The notes under the pieces are model-generated. The model saw nothing but the letters and a program-made list of their open reading frames with translations, did no database searches and was not told the DNA's origin. Made by a program: the position numbers and the translations under genes. Positions 63,412 to 64,000 of a stretch of DNA of 64,000 nt are shown here, piece after piece. Position 1 is the first letter of the stretch. Each line of letters starts with the position of its first letter. The stretch spans positions 2,816,001-2,880,000 of the forward strand of contig OZ244621.1 of assembly GCA_965218425.1 (NCBI GenBank), in the 5' to 3' direction. The DNA comes from an uncultured Candidatus Binatia bacterium (GTDB lineage Bacteria; Desulfobacterota; Binatia; UBA9968; CAXXLF01).

Positions 63412-63777
63412 ATGGCAATTGAACTCAACCACACGATCGTGCCGGCACACGATAAGGAGAAATCGGCCAAGTTTTTTGCTCGAATCTTTGGCCTTTCCTA
63501 TGACGGCGAGGTGGCCCACTTTGCACCGGTGCGTGTGAATGGCTCCTTAACCATGGATTTTGACAATCGGTCGGAATTCAAGTCGCACCACTACGCTTTT
63601 AAAGTAAGCGATGAGGATTTCGATCGGATCTTTGGACTAATCCGGGAGGAGGGGATTCCATACGGGAGCGGACCGCGTTCTCTGGAAGACATGCAAATAA
63701 ACCACCGGCGCGGGGGGCATGGTGTCTATTTTCGCGATCCCAACGGCCATGTCCTGGAGCTTCTTACGGTGGATTAA
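63412..63777 (+). CDS. VOC/glyoxalase family protein
   Basis: LNHTIV, HHYAF and YFRDPNGHVLE motifs. Confidence 0.9.
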   Translation: MAIELNHTIVPAHDKEKSAKFFARIFGLSYDGEVAHFAPVRVNGSLTMDFDNRSEFKSHHYAFKVSDEDFDRIFGLIREEGIPYGSGPRSLEDMQINHRRGGHGVYFRDPNGHVLELLTVD

Positions 63778-63921
63778 TGAGTCAAAAACCGGATCGGGTT
63801 TTGCAGCATACCCGGCCCATGGCAAAAGCCGAGCCTTGTAAAAATGAGATCTGAGAATAGGTGCAAGTGCTTTCGAACCCATGTGATGAATGAAGCCTTT
63901 TTGTCAATAGGAGGTTGAGCC

Positions 63922-64000
63922 GTGCTTACTCGAGAGATCAATGAAATGTTCACTCGGATTGGTCCTGGCACGCCTGCCGGCAAAATGTTGCGTCGCTATT
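63922..64000 (+). CDS. start of a third Rieske oxygenase (runs off the window)
   Basis: AGGAGG then MLTREINEMFTRIGPGTPAGKMLRRY, homologous to the N-termini at 19069 and 24681. Confidence 0.75.
   Translation, partial: MLTREINEMFTRIGPGTPAGKMLRRY

Overview
Bacterial chromosomal window with no rRNA or tRNA seen. The gene repertoire suggests a Binatota/Deltaproteobacteria-like organism (inference only). Four zones: (1) 1-2.4 kb: a decayed type III Res fragment and a convergent candidate type II R-M pair, whose HTH-fused MTase has a leaderless promoter containing tandem GACGTC. (2) 2.5-31.4 kb: a large aromatic/N-heterocycle catabolic cluster (CoxLMS-like Mo-hydroxylase, CoxG, dienelactone hydrolase, atypical Zn-ADH, two Fe3+-type ABC modules, tandem UbiD decarboxylases, two bicupins, amidohydrolase, two phthalate-dioxygenase-type Rieske oxygenases, Pht5-like decarboxylase). 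(3) 31.4-48.8 kb: a mosaic accessory island. Its cargo blocks are a di-myo-inositol-phosphate-type operon, a B12 radical SAM gene, a type III R-M with a broken Mod and an Mrr-like nuclease. The blocks are separated by recurring ...GACCTGACCCC-like junctions, transposase remnants and nested direct/inverted non-coding repeats. Orphan CRISPR repeats also occur, including a cas-less mini-array that mixes a 37-bp ...ATTGAAAC repeat with two 29-bp type I-E repeats. (4) 49-64 kb: two-component and partner-switching signalling genes, a 2OG-Fe(II) oxygenase, a Cu-ATPase, and a CoA-transferase/acyl-CoA dehydrogenase operon bracketed by a duplicated promoter. All calls come from reading motifs by eye; no database searches were run.
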